Assembly: GCA_030141605.1 (NCBI GenBank) | Contig: JAQGDQ010000204.1 | Span: 124,001-188,000 of the forward strand | Direction: 5' to 3' | Length of the DNA: 64,000 nt | Source of the DNA: Tubiluchus corallicola | Taxonomy: Eukaryota; Animalia; Priapulida | Translations under genes and position numbers: made by a program | Part shown: piece by piece, positions 12,901 through 24,337 of the stretch | Layout: every line of letters starts with the position of its first letter | How positions within the stretch are numbered: the first letter of the stretch is position 1 | Notes under the pieces: model-generated | What the model was told of the DNA's origin: nothing | The model's input: only the letters and a program-made list of their open reading frames with translations | The model's database searches: none

Positions 12901-15900
12901 TTATATTCAGTCAATATCAAGAAAGTAATAATAATGACTGAATGTTAAATGTGTGACACGAAATTTAAAACATAGGGAAAAATAAAATATTTTTATTAAA
13001 TCAAGCTTACTGGCACTGTTTTTCAGTGGCGTTGTGAAACGTTCTACACAAAGGGGACAAAGAGCTTAGGAGCGCCCTACCTCCCCTTCCCGTAACTTCC
13101 AGCTAGGGAGTCCGGAAGTTATTTTTCCTCCACTTAAGGCATTTTGGAGGTAGCTCAAAATGAAACTAATTGTAGAATCTACACTGCAGGATCTTAATAA
13201 GTACGAACAGTGCCAATAACTAAAAAATAATTTGCATTTCTGGGCATTTTACTTCTTTCACTTTTTTCCTTTACTTTTTCATATTTTGCCACCCTTACAG
13301 TTATACAAGGGGGCTAGTGCCCTTCGCCTACCCAGTCACAATGTCACTGTTGTTTTTACTTGAACTCTAAATTACTAAGCAAAAGTATCTGACTTCTACT
13401 AAATGATCAGTCAAATTAATTATGTGAAAATTCATCCTAACTGTATATTTTTTATTCATGGATTTTTTTCTTGATTTTATGATACAGCATGTTACAAGTT
13501 CGTATGTATTTGCTAGAAATTGGAATCTTGAAAGCTGGCAAACTGCCAACAGGTACCTCTGCGTCTGACTTTTTATTAACAGTTTAGGTTAAATCTGACT
13601 TATTTCCCAGACTGGCAAAGTAAATTGCGACAATAGTGAAAGTAATGCACGCTCGTTCTTCGAACAATTACACCAACAGAGTATGTTAATTAAATCTTGC
13701 GCCTAATGATTATTACGCGATTGTTTCAAAGTTAACCACAGAATCGAATTCATGACTGTTTCAAAGCTGAGACTATATTATAAATTGCAAAAAAATGAAA
13801 AAAATAATTTAGCGGTACAAGGCTGTCAAAAATGTAAAGAATTTGTTCAAAATGTTGTGTACGAATGACTCAGATGATACATTTCTGATCAGCTGTTTAC
13901 ATATACTCCTACAGCATGCTCCGATGTCAGGACAAGATGACATAATTATTGCGCAAACAGGGCTGCTTGATTAGCTGTTTATTTGTTGATAAAAAACAAG
14001 GCATTATAACTTCCGTGAAGGTTCTCGCATCGTGTAATATCACAATAAGTTGATAAGTTTCGATAACAAATAAATTAAACTCAACTTGTATTACAGTTTA
14101 GAATACCTTTAAGTGCTCCTATGTTATTTTATGTATTAATAAATTAATCTTCAGTCAGTGAGAAAGCTCCTGTACTATTCCTGGGGATAGATCCGTCACT
14201 GTGAATGCTGGTAAAAGACACTTTTAGATGATATTGCACAATTGGAAGACATGGAGGCAAACTGAGCTATTCATCCAGTTGCATTTTATAGAGTGTCTTT
14301 GTTATTACATAAAATCTGACCAAAAACATTAGAGTTTTGCAATACTTAAATTGTGTTTATGCTATTGTGTGCCATATGAGGGCCATTACATTTTTAAAAT
14401 TTGTGCAAACAAGTCTATTGGCCGTATTATTCTTAATAGTATATTTATTTAGGAAATAGAGGAACGTTAGTAAACTTGTATGTTGTTTTGATTTTCTATT
14501 AAATGTTCTTGGATAGTTCGTATTTTTGTTCTGCATAAAGCTTTCAAGAAATGATATTCTCACTTCATTTACTTTTTAGATCAACATTTGCTGTTGATGG
14601 AGCTGATATGTCAGTAGATCAGCAGACAGAACGTGTGCTAAAAGAGTTTCTGGCATCTCGCAAACCAATTGGGTAATTGTTGTTATTGTTGTTGCTGTTG
14701 TTGTTGTTGTTCAGCATATGTACAATAATGTTAGTAGACAACAAACATATACAAACAAAGGTATGAAAGCAATATTAGAGAATGGTTAGTATGTTAGATG
14801 TAGTAGTTTCTTGCAAGATCATAAAATTATTTATTGACAGTACGTTTTACATTTTTTGATTAAAATACACATTTCAATCGTAAGCTAAAATTAAATTAAG
14901 ATTATTTATCTTTATACTTACAACTTCAAATTGAAGTGCTTATTCAACTATGCAAACAGTGTAAGAATCGACTTTTCGTGTTCGAGTTCAGAGTTCGCAG
15001 TTTTAATTGATAAATAAATAGTTATTGCAAATTGGGTTCCACTCTATCGATTTCGAGCACTGATTGTATCCTACAAAAATTTGTATTCCGACATGCTCTG
15101 CCAGGTGATCTAGGATGCGATAACATGAGCTACTGCTTGTCTAAATTACATTTATAATTACTATTGGATTAAGGAAATTCCTGAATGGTATTAAGTGTGT
15201 CTTTAACATTTGTAGTTAAGTAACAGCAAACCTAGTTAGTAAATATCAAAAAATGGCTTCTAAGTTGTATCACTTGCTTGCCATACTGTCACCATCTGTT
15301 ATATTCCTAATGAAAGTAGGCTGTATAAGTCCTATGCATCCAAGTGTAACAATATTTTGTTCTCTACTGAGGTTCAAATCAGAATACCTAATTTTGAGCT
15401 ACTGCTGGGGCTCTGGGTCATAAAACTTTCAATTTATCTAGTCCTCTAAATTTCAAATATAAACTACTCTACGTTTGTCTATAGAGAAAACAAGATTCAC
15501 ATTCTATCGAGACATTGCAGATTGTAATTTATGTACATTTGTAATGGAAATAAATTATAAAGCCTAAAAATTTAATTCTCCTTGGATGCAAACCCAGGAG
15601 TTCTATTTGTTATCTTGCTTAATCCTGTCAAATGCCTCAGATGATTGGCTTCATTTGTGGATTGACTCTTAACAAACATAATGAAAAAATTATGTTTTGG
15701 CACAGAATGTGTTGCATCTCACCGGTGCTTGCTGGGAAAGTTTTTGACAAGTGTACAGTCACGCTGGGCCAGGACACAGAACAAGATGGAAAATGGCCAT
15801 TCGCAGGAGCTGTTAAAGCAATAACAGCAATGGGAGCTGAACATCACAATAAGAATATAGAAATATCCTTTTGATTATGATAAAATAATGATGTTGAATT

Positions 15901-16246
15901 TGATTATGATCAAAGATGAAGTTTGATGTAATAGTTGGCAATGGTGCTTGATTTCTTGTATGTTCCTGGATGAGGCAAGTCATTTAAGGATACCAAAAGG
16001 ACTATTCTTATCTTACCATTTATTGTTGCTTGTATCATAAAGTATCTCACAAATTATAACATTTTAGAATCAGTTTTTTGAGAATGCTTACGATCCTTAA
16101 CTACCTGCCACGGTTGTGTGATAGATGAGAAGCGTTTGATTATGACGACACCTGCGTTCATGTGTGGTACGGCATCATGGCATGAAGTTTATGATGGAAT
16201 TGGAAACATGGTCAATGCTGTTTTACGATTTATCCAGCATCAGTAA
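6449..16246 (+). CDS. GATD3: Glutamine amidotransferase-like class 1 domain-containing protein 3 / ES1 protein homolog, mitochondrial (DJ-1/PfpI superfamily), about 262 aa
   Basis: Exons 6449-6565, 7245-7297, 7763-7876, 9820-9939, 14580-14672, 15706-15862 and 16112-16246 join into one 789-nt open frame. Signature peptides: [74 protein letters not shown]. The Arg/Ser/Leu-rich N-terminus resembles a mitochondrial transit peptide. AATAAA near 16753. Confidence 0.95.
6911..7072. repeat. Compound microsatellite (CT)n(CACT)n
   Basis: Read directly; it explains the spurious [11 protein letters not shown]. Confidence 0.95.
10970..12015 (-). pseudogene. Intronless S1-family (chymotrypsin fold) serine protease, nested antisense in GATD3 intron 4; disabled by an in-frame TGA and a 1-nt frameshift
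   Basis: ATG at 12015 starts a signal peptide ([24 protein letters not shown]). TGA at 11904-11902 is followed by RRKR and the activation site PR|IVGG. The frame shifts in an 11-nt A run (T11749-11759 on +). The catalytic motifs TAAHC, DVAL and GDSGGP are intact. Minus-strand AATAAA at 10955-10950 lies just after the stop codon. Confidence 0.85.
13024..13349. mobile_element. hAT-type MITE, about 326 bp
   Basis: TIRs CAGTGGCGTTGTGA / TCACAATGTCACTG match at 12 of 14 positions. Flanking 8-bp TSD CTGTTTTT / TTGTTTTT matches at 7 of 8. Confidence 0.75.
15863..16111 (+). other. U12-type (minor spliceosome) AT-AC intron of GATD3
   Basis: 5' splice site ATATCCTTT at 15863, branch site TCCTTAAC at 16094-16101, terminal AC at 16110-16111. 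Removal joins ...NKNIE to GCVIDEK... in frame. Confidence 0.93.
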
Positions 16247-19089
16247 AATGCATGGACATAGGTGAAGAGGCTATATTTCATTGTCCTGCCCTGCAATATA
16301 GCCCATGTTGTCTGGTATTACATCTCATACAAGTTTCATCTATCCCGGTTGCTTGCGAACCAAGAAGTGGTTAACGTTTCATTGACAAAATCAGGATGTT
16401 TTTTAAAGTTTATTTTCGTTACGTGTAAACTTGTGTTTTTTTTTAATTTGTTGCATTTTTTAAATTGAGCATTAGTCACATAACTCCATATGATATTATT
16501 GTGAATTGGTGTATCAGCTTTTAATTGCAAAAAGAAAAAAAAGTTGAAATTTTTGAAATTAACATACAATATCATTTGATTTTCTATAATTGTATAACAT
16601 TAAAGGTGAGTCTGTTGTCTTCATCACTGTGCTTGTAAACAGTGTTGTTATTAGTGATTGCTAAGCTAACTGTTATTATAGAAAGGTGTTATGGCATCTA
16701 CTGTGCCATTATTGTTCTTTTTATATAGGCTTCTACCTGCATTACTGAATTAAATAAACATTTGTAGCTGTACCAAAAATATTCAACAACTATGAGCTGA
16801 ATGTTTTTTATCTAGTTTTTTCCTGTTTCATGAGGATTGTGATAAAAAAATTATATAATGATCTGTAGTATGTATGATATTTAGTTCTTCTTTTACAATT
16901 ATGCATACACTTAAAAATACAATTTTTAAAGAGTATTGTTGATGACTTGATGTATTGCAAATAGACGAGATCGGATAATTAAGCACCCTTTAGTGTAAAT
17001 CTGTACATTCAAATTGTGTTTGGCAAGGCAGAAAATCTTTGCCAGAAATTCCAGTTTTCTGCATTTGTTTAAATTTAAATTTGTAATTTATAATAATGAT
17101 TTTTTAGTAATGGCCATGCAGTGGATAAATAGTATAGAATGCCCAGAATTAATAGAATATTATCAATTGCCTTTGATGTAATTTTGTTATTGAAATGACA
17201 ACTTGTCAAGAATTAGGATAATTATTGATCGTAGCCACCTTTGTAAAACAACAATTATTATACCATTATGGTGTATCAAATCTAATATTATTTTACATAT
17301 ATTTTTGTAGTGATTTCATATTATGCACCTGTAATTATTGAGATATGAGCTAAGCTGAAAGCTGTTGCCACTGAATGTTTTTTCGTTCTGTTTTTGGACA
17401 CAGTCCACTTATTTTAGCATGGTGCATATGAACTAAAGTGGTAGCCTTATTAGTCTTCTAGTGCGTATTTGTTAGGCATTGCTGCCGGCCAAAATATTTT
17501 TTGTAGACCTGTTACATACAGTAACTGTTGTTAGATAAAATTATGCTAAATAAAAAACCAAAGGTAACTAGTACCATGTAAACACATTATTTGATACATG
17601 AAATTTTGACTTACTAAAAAAAGTGAATGCGCACAAAATTTGTCTCATGTTAATTCACATATCTTCATGACACATGACATCATAAAATTTTCGTGTCCTT
17701 GAAATTTTTGTGGACATTTTTTTAAATCTATGTGCAAACAGATACAAATAGGTAAACTGTCTGATGCATTAGAGATGTTACAATTTGTCTTTACAGAACT
17801 CTTTTGGAAAAGCTTCCCAGGAGAAAAGGTAAACATGTCTTTAGAGAACTGCTTTGGCAAAGTTCCCCAAGTGAATAGGTAAACAATAAAAGAACGGAGA
17901 GCGCAAAAAGCAAGAATGGCCAAAACCAAAATTTATATAACAAAACTTATTAGTTTTTAGCTACATCATTTATGTAGGCCTACTTGATGACTCTACTGCC
18001 CATGCAAGAATTGATACTAAAGTTGTGCTGATCACTACCAAATTGGGAAGGCGTAACGAACTTTTATAAAGAAAACCAAAATTTAGCACTCTAGTTCAAC
18101 TTTAGGTTAGGCAGTTGATATCAGCATGTTTTGCAAGATACTTTCATTGTCTGTGTTCTTTTGAACTGTTTGGTTTCTATATAAAAAACAACAATATTAA
18201 ATTTTCCACACTATGTTGGGCTGTCATAAGCAGTGGCGACACTGCGAGACATTTTGCAGTCACGTAATGCTTAAACCACACCCAATCGCCTTCAAAGTAC
18301 ACATATTCTCCCGTTTTCTGCCAGATGAAGATTGACTTCCTCAAGTCATGTTGAAAGTTTTTTATTCTTTAAACTGTCAACAGAGATGAAAAACTAGAGC
18401 GCCAGACTCATTCAATTTGTCAGTTTAATTAAGACGAAATGAACTCGTCGTATGAAAAACACATTTCTCCGTACACAGAGCGTGAATCGCGAAACATAAA
18501 GATTTCTCGAATTTTACGTATAAAAATGACTGCGCTATTAACTTAAGTCAAAGCCGTATCATTCTAGATAAGCTGGCTTTGAAAACTCAAAGAAGCGTAA
18601 TTAGCATTATTAAGCGTAAAAATGTTGTATGTGCATAGCTATTTCACATAAATGTGAGAAATATATGTGATAAATGAAGTATAAATTTTAGGAGCAAACC
18701 ATGCACACTCTGACTTATCTCGAAGCAGTAATGTAATTTTGCCACCCGTGCAAACGAAGTTAGCTGGCATATATTATTCAAACGTAGAATTTTATGGCTT
18801 GCTAATGATAGACAATACGTGGGACATTCGTGCTTGCTTTACCTAGTTCGTATACTGTGAGGCAGTCACCTTGCTGTGTACCATAGCACCATGTACACAC
18901 CTTGCACTGTACTGCCTCATTGTACATGGCCATGCAATACTAAGTGCGCGTACAAGGTGAGGCTGAACCATCAAGCTGAGGTTAGCTGGTATTGGAACAA
19001 AAAGCAGTATATGTGGAGATTCATGTCGAGTAACCCCAAGTGTCCCACATTAATATGTGATTTTGAGGATGAAACTTGAAGTTTGTGTA

Positions 19090-22000
19090 TTATTATTTGA
19101 TTTGATTTAATATTTTATTTCAAACTTTACAAAGTTCATATACACATCACAAATTAATACAAATAATACAATAAATCATGACACACAACAATAACCCAAA
19201 TAACAATTAATATAACAAGATATAACAAACTACGCCACTGACGCCTAACTACAGAAGTTTAAAATGTTCTTGCATATAAAATTTTCACTCTTATTCAGCC
19301 TGACGTGTAAACTGTATGCACATTTTCTGTGAATCACATCAAAATAAATAATATTAAGTCTAGTAGAAATATATCTGGCGCTCGTATCATATAAAAAGTT
19401 ATACAGCTTCCAGGTTGATACATTATATGCAACCTTGAGTTTGCTAAGATTGTAAGAATAAAAATGTCTCCAAGTTGACATACCATAAAAAGTAGTGCAG
19501 TAAGCATTAAACAATTGTCTCTTCACGTTAACTGAACAGTGAGTAAATTTCATGAATAATTTATTTGCTCTACCATAGTAAATTGAACATTGTCATAATA
19601 TATCTAAATCATCTCTATTGCTTCTGATAAAACATGACGCAGAATATTTTTCCTTTTTACTAGGTACAAAACTTTTACACTGTAAAGCAACAGACCTAAA
19701 AGTAAACTGCTGCATGTGGGCAGAGCGAACCATGACAAGTTTAGTCTTATTCACATTTACAAGGATATCATATTCTTAGCAAATTTATTAAAAATTCTAG
19801 CAGTCTCTGCAAAGCCATCGAGGTTGTTACTAAAAGACATATGTCATCAGCGTACATCAAGTGATTAATGCAGGCTTCAGCTATATGACAACCCACACCA
19901 GAGTTAGTAAGTGCAGCACTAAGATTTTTAAAATAGAAGTTTAATAACAATTGAGACATTTTTCCACCTTGACAAATTTCGTTTCCTACTACAAAACTAT
20001 AAGAGTTAAATTTACCCCATCTAACCAACATACGTTGTTCCGTATAATAAAAAAGCAAAAGTCTTATTACTACCTTTGGTAGGTTAGTATTGATAAGGTT
20101 TAGGAACAGTTTGAGATAGTTTACTCTATAGTACGCTTTTGATGCATCAATAAACAGAATATGTACAGTACTTTGTCGACTAATGTAATAGTCAAGCACC
20201 TCTTTTAAAGTATGGATGCACATCTCTGTGCCTAAGTTTTCAACAAAACCAAACTGGTTTGGCGTGGTACTCAAACAAGAACTGTAACTATTTAGAAGCA
20301 GTATTTCTATAACTTTGCTTCCTACAGATGAAAGAGCGATAGGCCTATAGTTGTTTTTGTCTGTAATATCCCCATTTTTGTATTTAGCGAGAGGTACTAG
20401 TACATTATTAGTACAACATTAACAAGTGCGTCAGATAACCGTGTGTTACACAGGACATGAATAGCAGCGCCAACATGATTGGCAGCAAATGGGATGCATT
20501 ACGGAAATGTTCACCTTTAAGTCCGTCTGGACCAGCTGATTTATGTAAGGAAAGCCTATCAATTGCCTCTTGCACTTCAAAAACTGTAAATGCATTAATG
20601 GGCGTTATACTATGTCTCAGAACATGTTTTATATGCTCGTTAAGACCTTTATTGTCAACTGAATTTAACAAATTTTTATAATGATTATCCCACAGTGCAC
20701 AAATGTCCTTTTCCCCATTTGACTCACCAACATGTGGAGAAAGAGGAAGTTTTGAATTGGTTTCTTTTTTTATAGATGGCCAAAATTCATAAGGGTTACA
20801 ATGCATAAGTTTATAAACCAACTTATCAGCAATAATACGTTTCTCATTACATTTGCACTCATGCAATACACGTTTAAACAATGCTCCAGAACGGCGCATT
20901 TCATCAGCTAAGTAACCATTACGTGGCTTACCATTTATACGCCATGCAAGGAAACACTGGCGAGAATATTTATGACTATCTGCCATATAGTCATTCCAAC
21001 CAGGTATCCTCTTACCCTGACAGTTATTAGACCGAAGTTGCTTCCCTGCAATACTGATAGTGGCTGAAACTTTTAGTACGTTAGTAATATCTTCATACAG
21101 TTTAGACAGGTTATTTTGGTGTTGTTCGTTTTCACAGTACACATTATTACAAAGCAGAGCGCCGTACGGCATCGCTATACCTAGTAAAGCGGTATGTGTA
21201 CAGTGCCGGTAGTTGGATAACTGACCTTCATTGGCGTTATCCCAATCAACATTATATCTATCCACCCCAGGTTTAGAAAAGATTACATTGTCAGTATTTA
21301 GCAAATCATCTACTGTAATAACACTATCATTAATAGGACAGGCCAGCACAAGATCAACATTGATCTGAGCACCTATAGGCATATGATCACAGTTAGTTAA
21401 ATTGTAATCCACAAATATATTACTAACAATGAACTGCATTGCTTCAGTACAAATTATGTGGTCTAACCAAGAGCAAGTTTGATGTGCAGTACTCACATAT
21501 GTAAAGGTATCAGCTGGCAAACTGAGCACATCAGAAATATTATAGTTATTAGCTAAGCACAATGCTTCCAGTTTTCTATAAAACTGTCTTGTTATGTGTG
21601 AATTAAAATCTCCTACGCAACATACGTAACCAGTGGCTGATATTTCAATGAAAGCATCTAATTTTCCTAAACACAATCTAAAGTCATCACATTCATATGG
21701 AAAGTAAACATTCACAAACATAATTGGCATGAGTTTATCAGGCAGGTGAGCTGAAAAACCTAAAATATTAAAGTCATTTTCATGTGAACTAATCTTATAT
21801 TCACCCGGAGGTGTTTTTCTCCAGAGCACAGCTAAGCCACCCTGCGGTCGTCCTTTCAGAAGTCCATCAGACAGATCTGTAGGTGAGATCCCTCTTCCAT
21901 GAAAATCTGGATCAACTGTTGCCAAATAGTCAAGTTCTTGAACTGGAATCATCGTTTTTTGAAGAAACACGATGTCACTGCGATTACAGAGTTCTTTTAA

Positions 22001-23745
22001 CACTACTAGTGATTCAGGATTTTTGATCGAATTACAATTGTAACTCACTATTCTAAGTGAAGATATTTGGGTGCAGTTTTGCTCCATAAATGGTTTACTC
22101 GTTATTCGATCCAGCGTTATTGACTAACGATTCACGAGACGACCATAACCGGTGACTGACTTGCGAATTATTTGATGCAAGTGGTCTAGCATTCATTGTC
22201 ACTAAAGATTTGCCATCATTGCCATTGTTCTGGCTTGTCTTGGTGGCAGAAGTGTAAAAAGGCTTTACAGGTACCCCTGCAGGCCACACTTCTGGCTTCA
22301 TAATTTGATCTGATTCCTTGTTGCCGTAGCACGTTATCACAAATGAAGTATATGTGTCATACCTAGTTTTCAGTTTCTGCACCTTAACGTTAAAATCAAC
22401 GTTATCTAGAAGCAGTTGCTCGATGTTCTCCTCCATCGTGCTGGCATGCAAGCGAGTTGCAAAAACTCGTCTTACGGGCTTGCTGGTTTTGATGAGCACA
22501 TCTTTTCCCGTGGCTGTCCCTGTGATAGTGAGTTTAGAACTACGAAGTTTTGGTGCTTTTTTGTTGTTTCGAGTAGTTCACAACAGTGAATCTGTCATCA
22601 CTTATGCCGCTTGTCTTAATGTTACCTCTTTCTACATCTTCCACTGAGTTAGCCCGGCTCGTTTGCCTCACAGCTGCTAAATAGCTTTTTGCTTCTAGTC
22701 GTTGATTTTGCTGAATTTCATTCCTATTAGAATTACCAATGGCTTGTGAATCTGTTTTAAGTGCCAGTAGTTGATTAAGCTCATTTCGCGAGACTGAATT
22801 AGACTTGAGTTCTTTCAGATCTTCTTGTACATTCTGTAACAGTTTCATTATAACTGTGATGTCAACAGATTTGAGTGACATAGGCGGAACGTTTTGCAAA
22901 TAAGCAGCCACAAATCTAGGTGTTGGTTTAGCATCCGTAATCAGACCATACTGGAGCAACATCAGGATGTGATACGATAAAGCCCGTCTTTTGGTAGGGC
23001 CGATTCAATTTTTTAGGAAAGTCCGGCCTGTCTTCATCGTCATCGGGTATTAGGCCCACGAGCATCGTTTTCGCTTCTTCCAGGTTCTCGACTGAGTAGA
23101 AATCATGAATTACGATCTCTAGATTGCTGACTGGAACCTGCGCCTCAAGTTGATTTTGGGCAAAATAGTTCACCTCGTTATGTATAAGGTAATATTTTTC
23201 GTCGTCGATAGAATTGGAAGTTATATTGCTAACTGTATTTTGCGATGGCAAAATATCATCATAGTTTAACTCTTTTGCAAGCCCACTAGGCTTTCTAGCA
23301 ATAAAGCATTTTCTGCACAAAACCAGTTTCCCAAATTCTGCTCTTGGCACAGCGTCAGGATTCTTCTTTCTGCACAGCACACAAGAGATCGATGCCATTG
23401 TAGGTTGAAGGGCAACTAATTACCTGTTACGATTACCTGCATTGGCCAGCTGGTTTAGTAATTCAACTTGTCCTTTTGTTGTGTCTATTGTGCTTTAATT
23501 ACCTGGACTACAAGAATGTCTGCGCAAGAGCAACTTTCGCCAAAAAAATTTATATTGCTCAAAAGTTTTTCGCAGATTTCAGATTTATTAATAATCAAAC
23601 ATGCTATTTGATCTTTTAACGATATTCACCATATTTTCACTCACTCACTCATATAGCTTTCGCTGATGTACCAGTGCTCAGTTCAGTATAGAACGATGAA
23701 AACTTGGAGCACTAATATCACGAACGTACAAGAACTGTCGTATGA
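19090..23745 (-). mobile_element. Near full-length decayed non-LTR retrotransposon (LINE; ORF1 plus APE endonuclease/RT ORF2); clade uncertain (CR1/L2/RTEX/Proto2-like)
   Basis: ORF1 is in three frameshifted pieces across 23398-22095, with an N-terminal CxxC...CxxC and a C-terminal RRM-like VFATRL...WPAGVPVKPF. ORF2 starts at 22087 with APE motifs SYNCNS, GDFNSH, WLDHI and CDHMP, then RT motifs SAGPDG, NQFGF, FIDASKAY, QGG and YADD in frameshifted segments down to about 19245. An (AAATC)n-like 3' tail lies near 19095-19110. Both ends are approximate. Confidence 0.92.
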
Positions 23746-24337
23746 GAGGAAAAATTGGCAGGGCAGCAGCAGCCTGCATTGGACAAGAACCTCGGACAAG
23801 ATCTACTAAATGCTTTTTTTGATAATCTGCGATAAACAAAACTTTTAAACATTTTGAAAACAGTAAGAAAATGTTACATTTTACAACAGAATGATAATTG
23901 CCTGTAGCAAATTTATGCAGGTTAGAATATGGAAGTAAAAATGCATCTTGTGCGCTTCTTCATTTTTTTAATTAATGTAGCATATGATTCTGTCAGAAAT
24001 TTAATACATGGAAAGATGAGTGTGTGAATTCTTTTTTGAATCACTTTAATGTCATTGTTCAATGTTGTGGCTTTTTGTGACCGGACTGTAGCCAGAATGC
24101 CTTTCCAAGAATTTATAGGCTAGCTTAGCTTTATTTAACTTACACTGTTGAGGTCGTCTAGTGACACAGTCCTTCTGGGGGACAGAGATAAAAGTGACAA
24201 CAGAAACAGCTGTACATGATCACCTATCAATAACTTAATTTTGTTTTTTTCAGTGTCGAAAAAAGAGCTTGCAATGTTACTGTTAACTAGTTGAATTTAT
24301 TTTCCTGGCTGCAAACGGTCAATTTCTACCTACAAAC

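Noticed and set aside
17787-17885. Two apparent micro-exons (AG...GTAAAC)
   Set aside because: They are two diverged copies of an approximately 49-bp tandem repeat and are too close together to be separately spliced.
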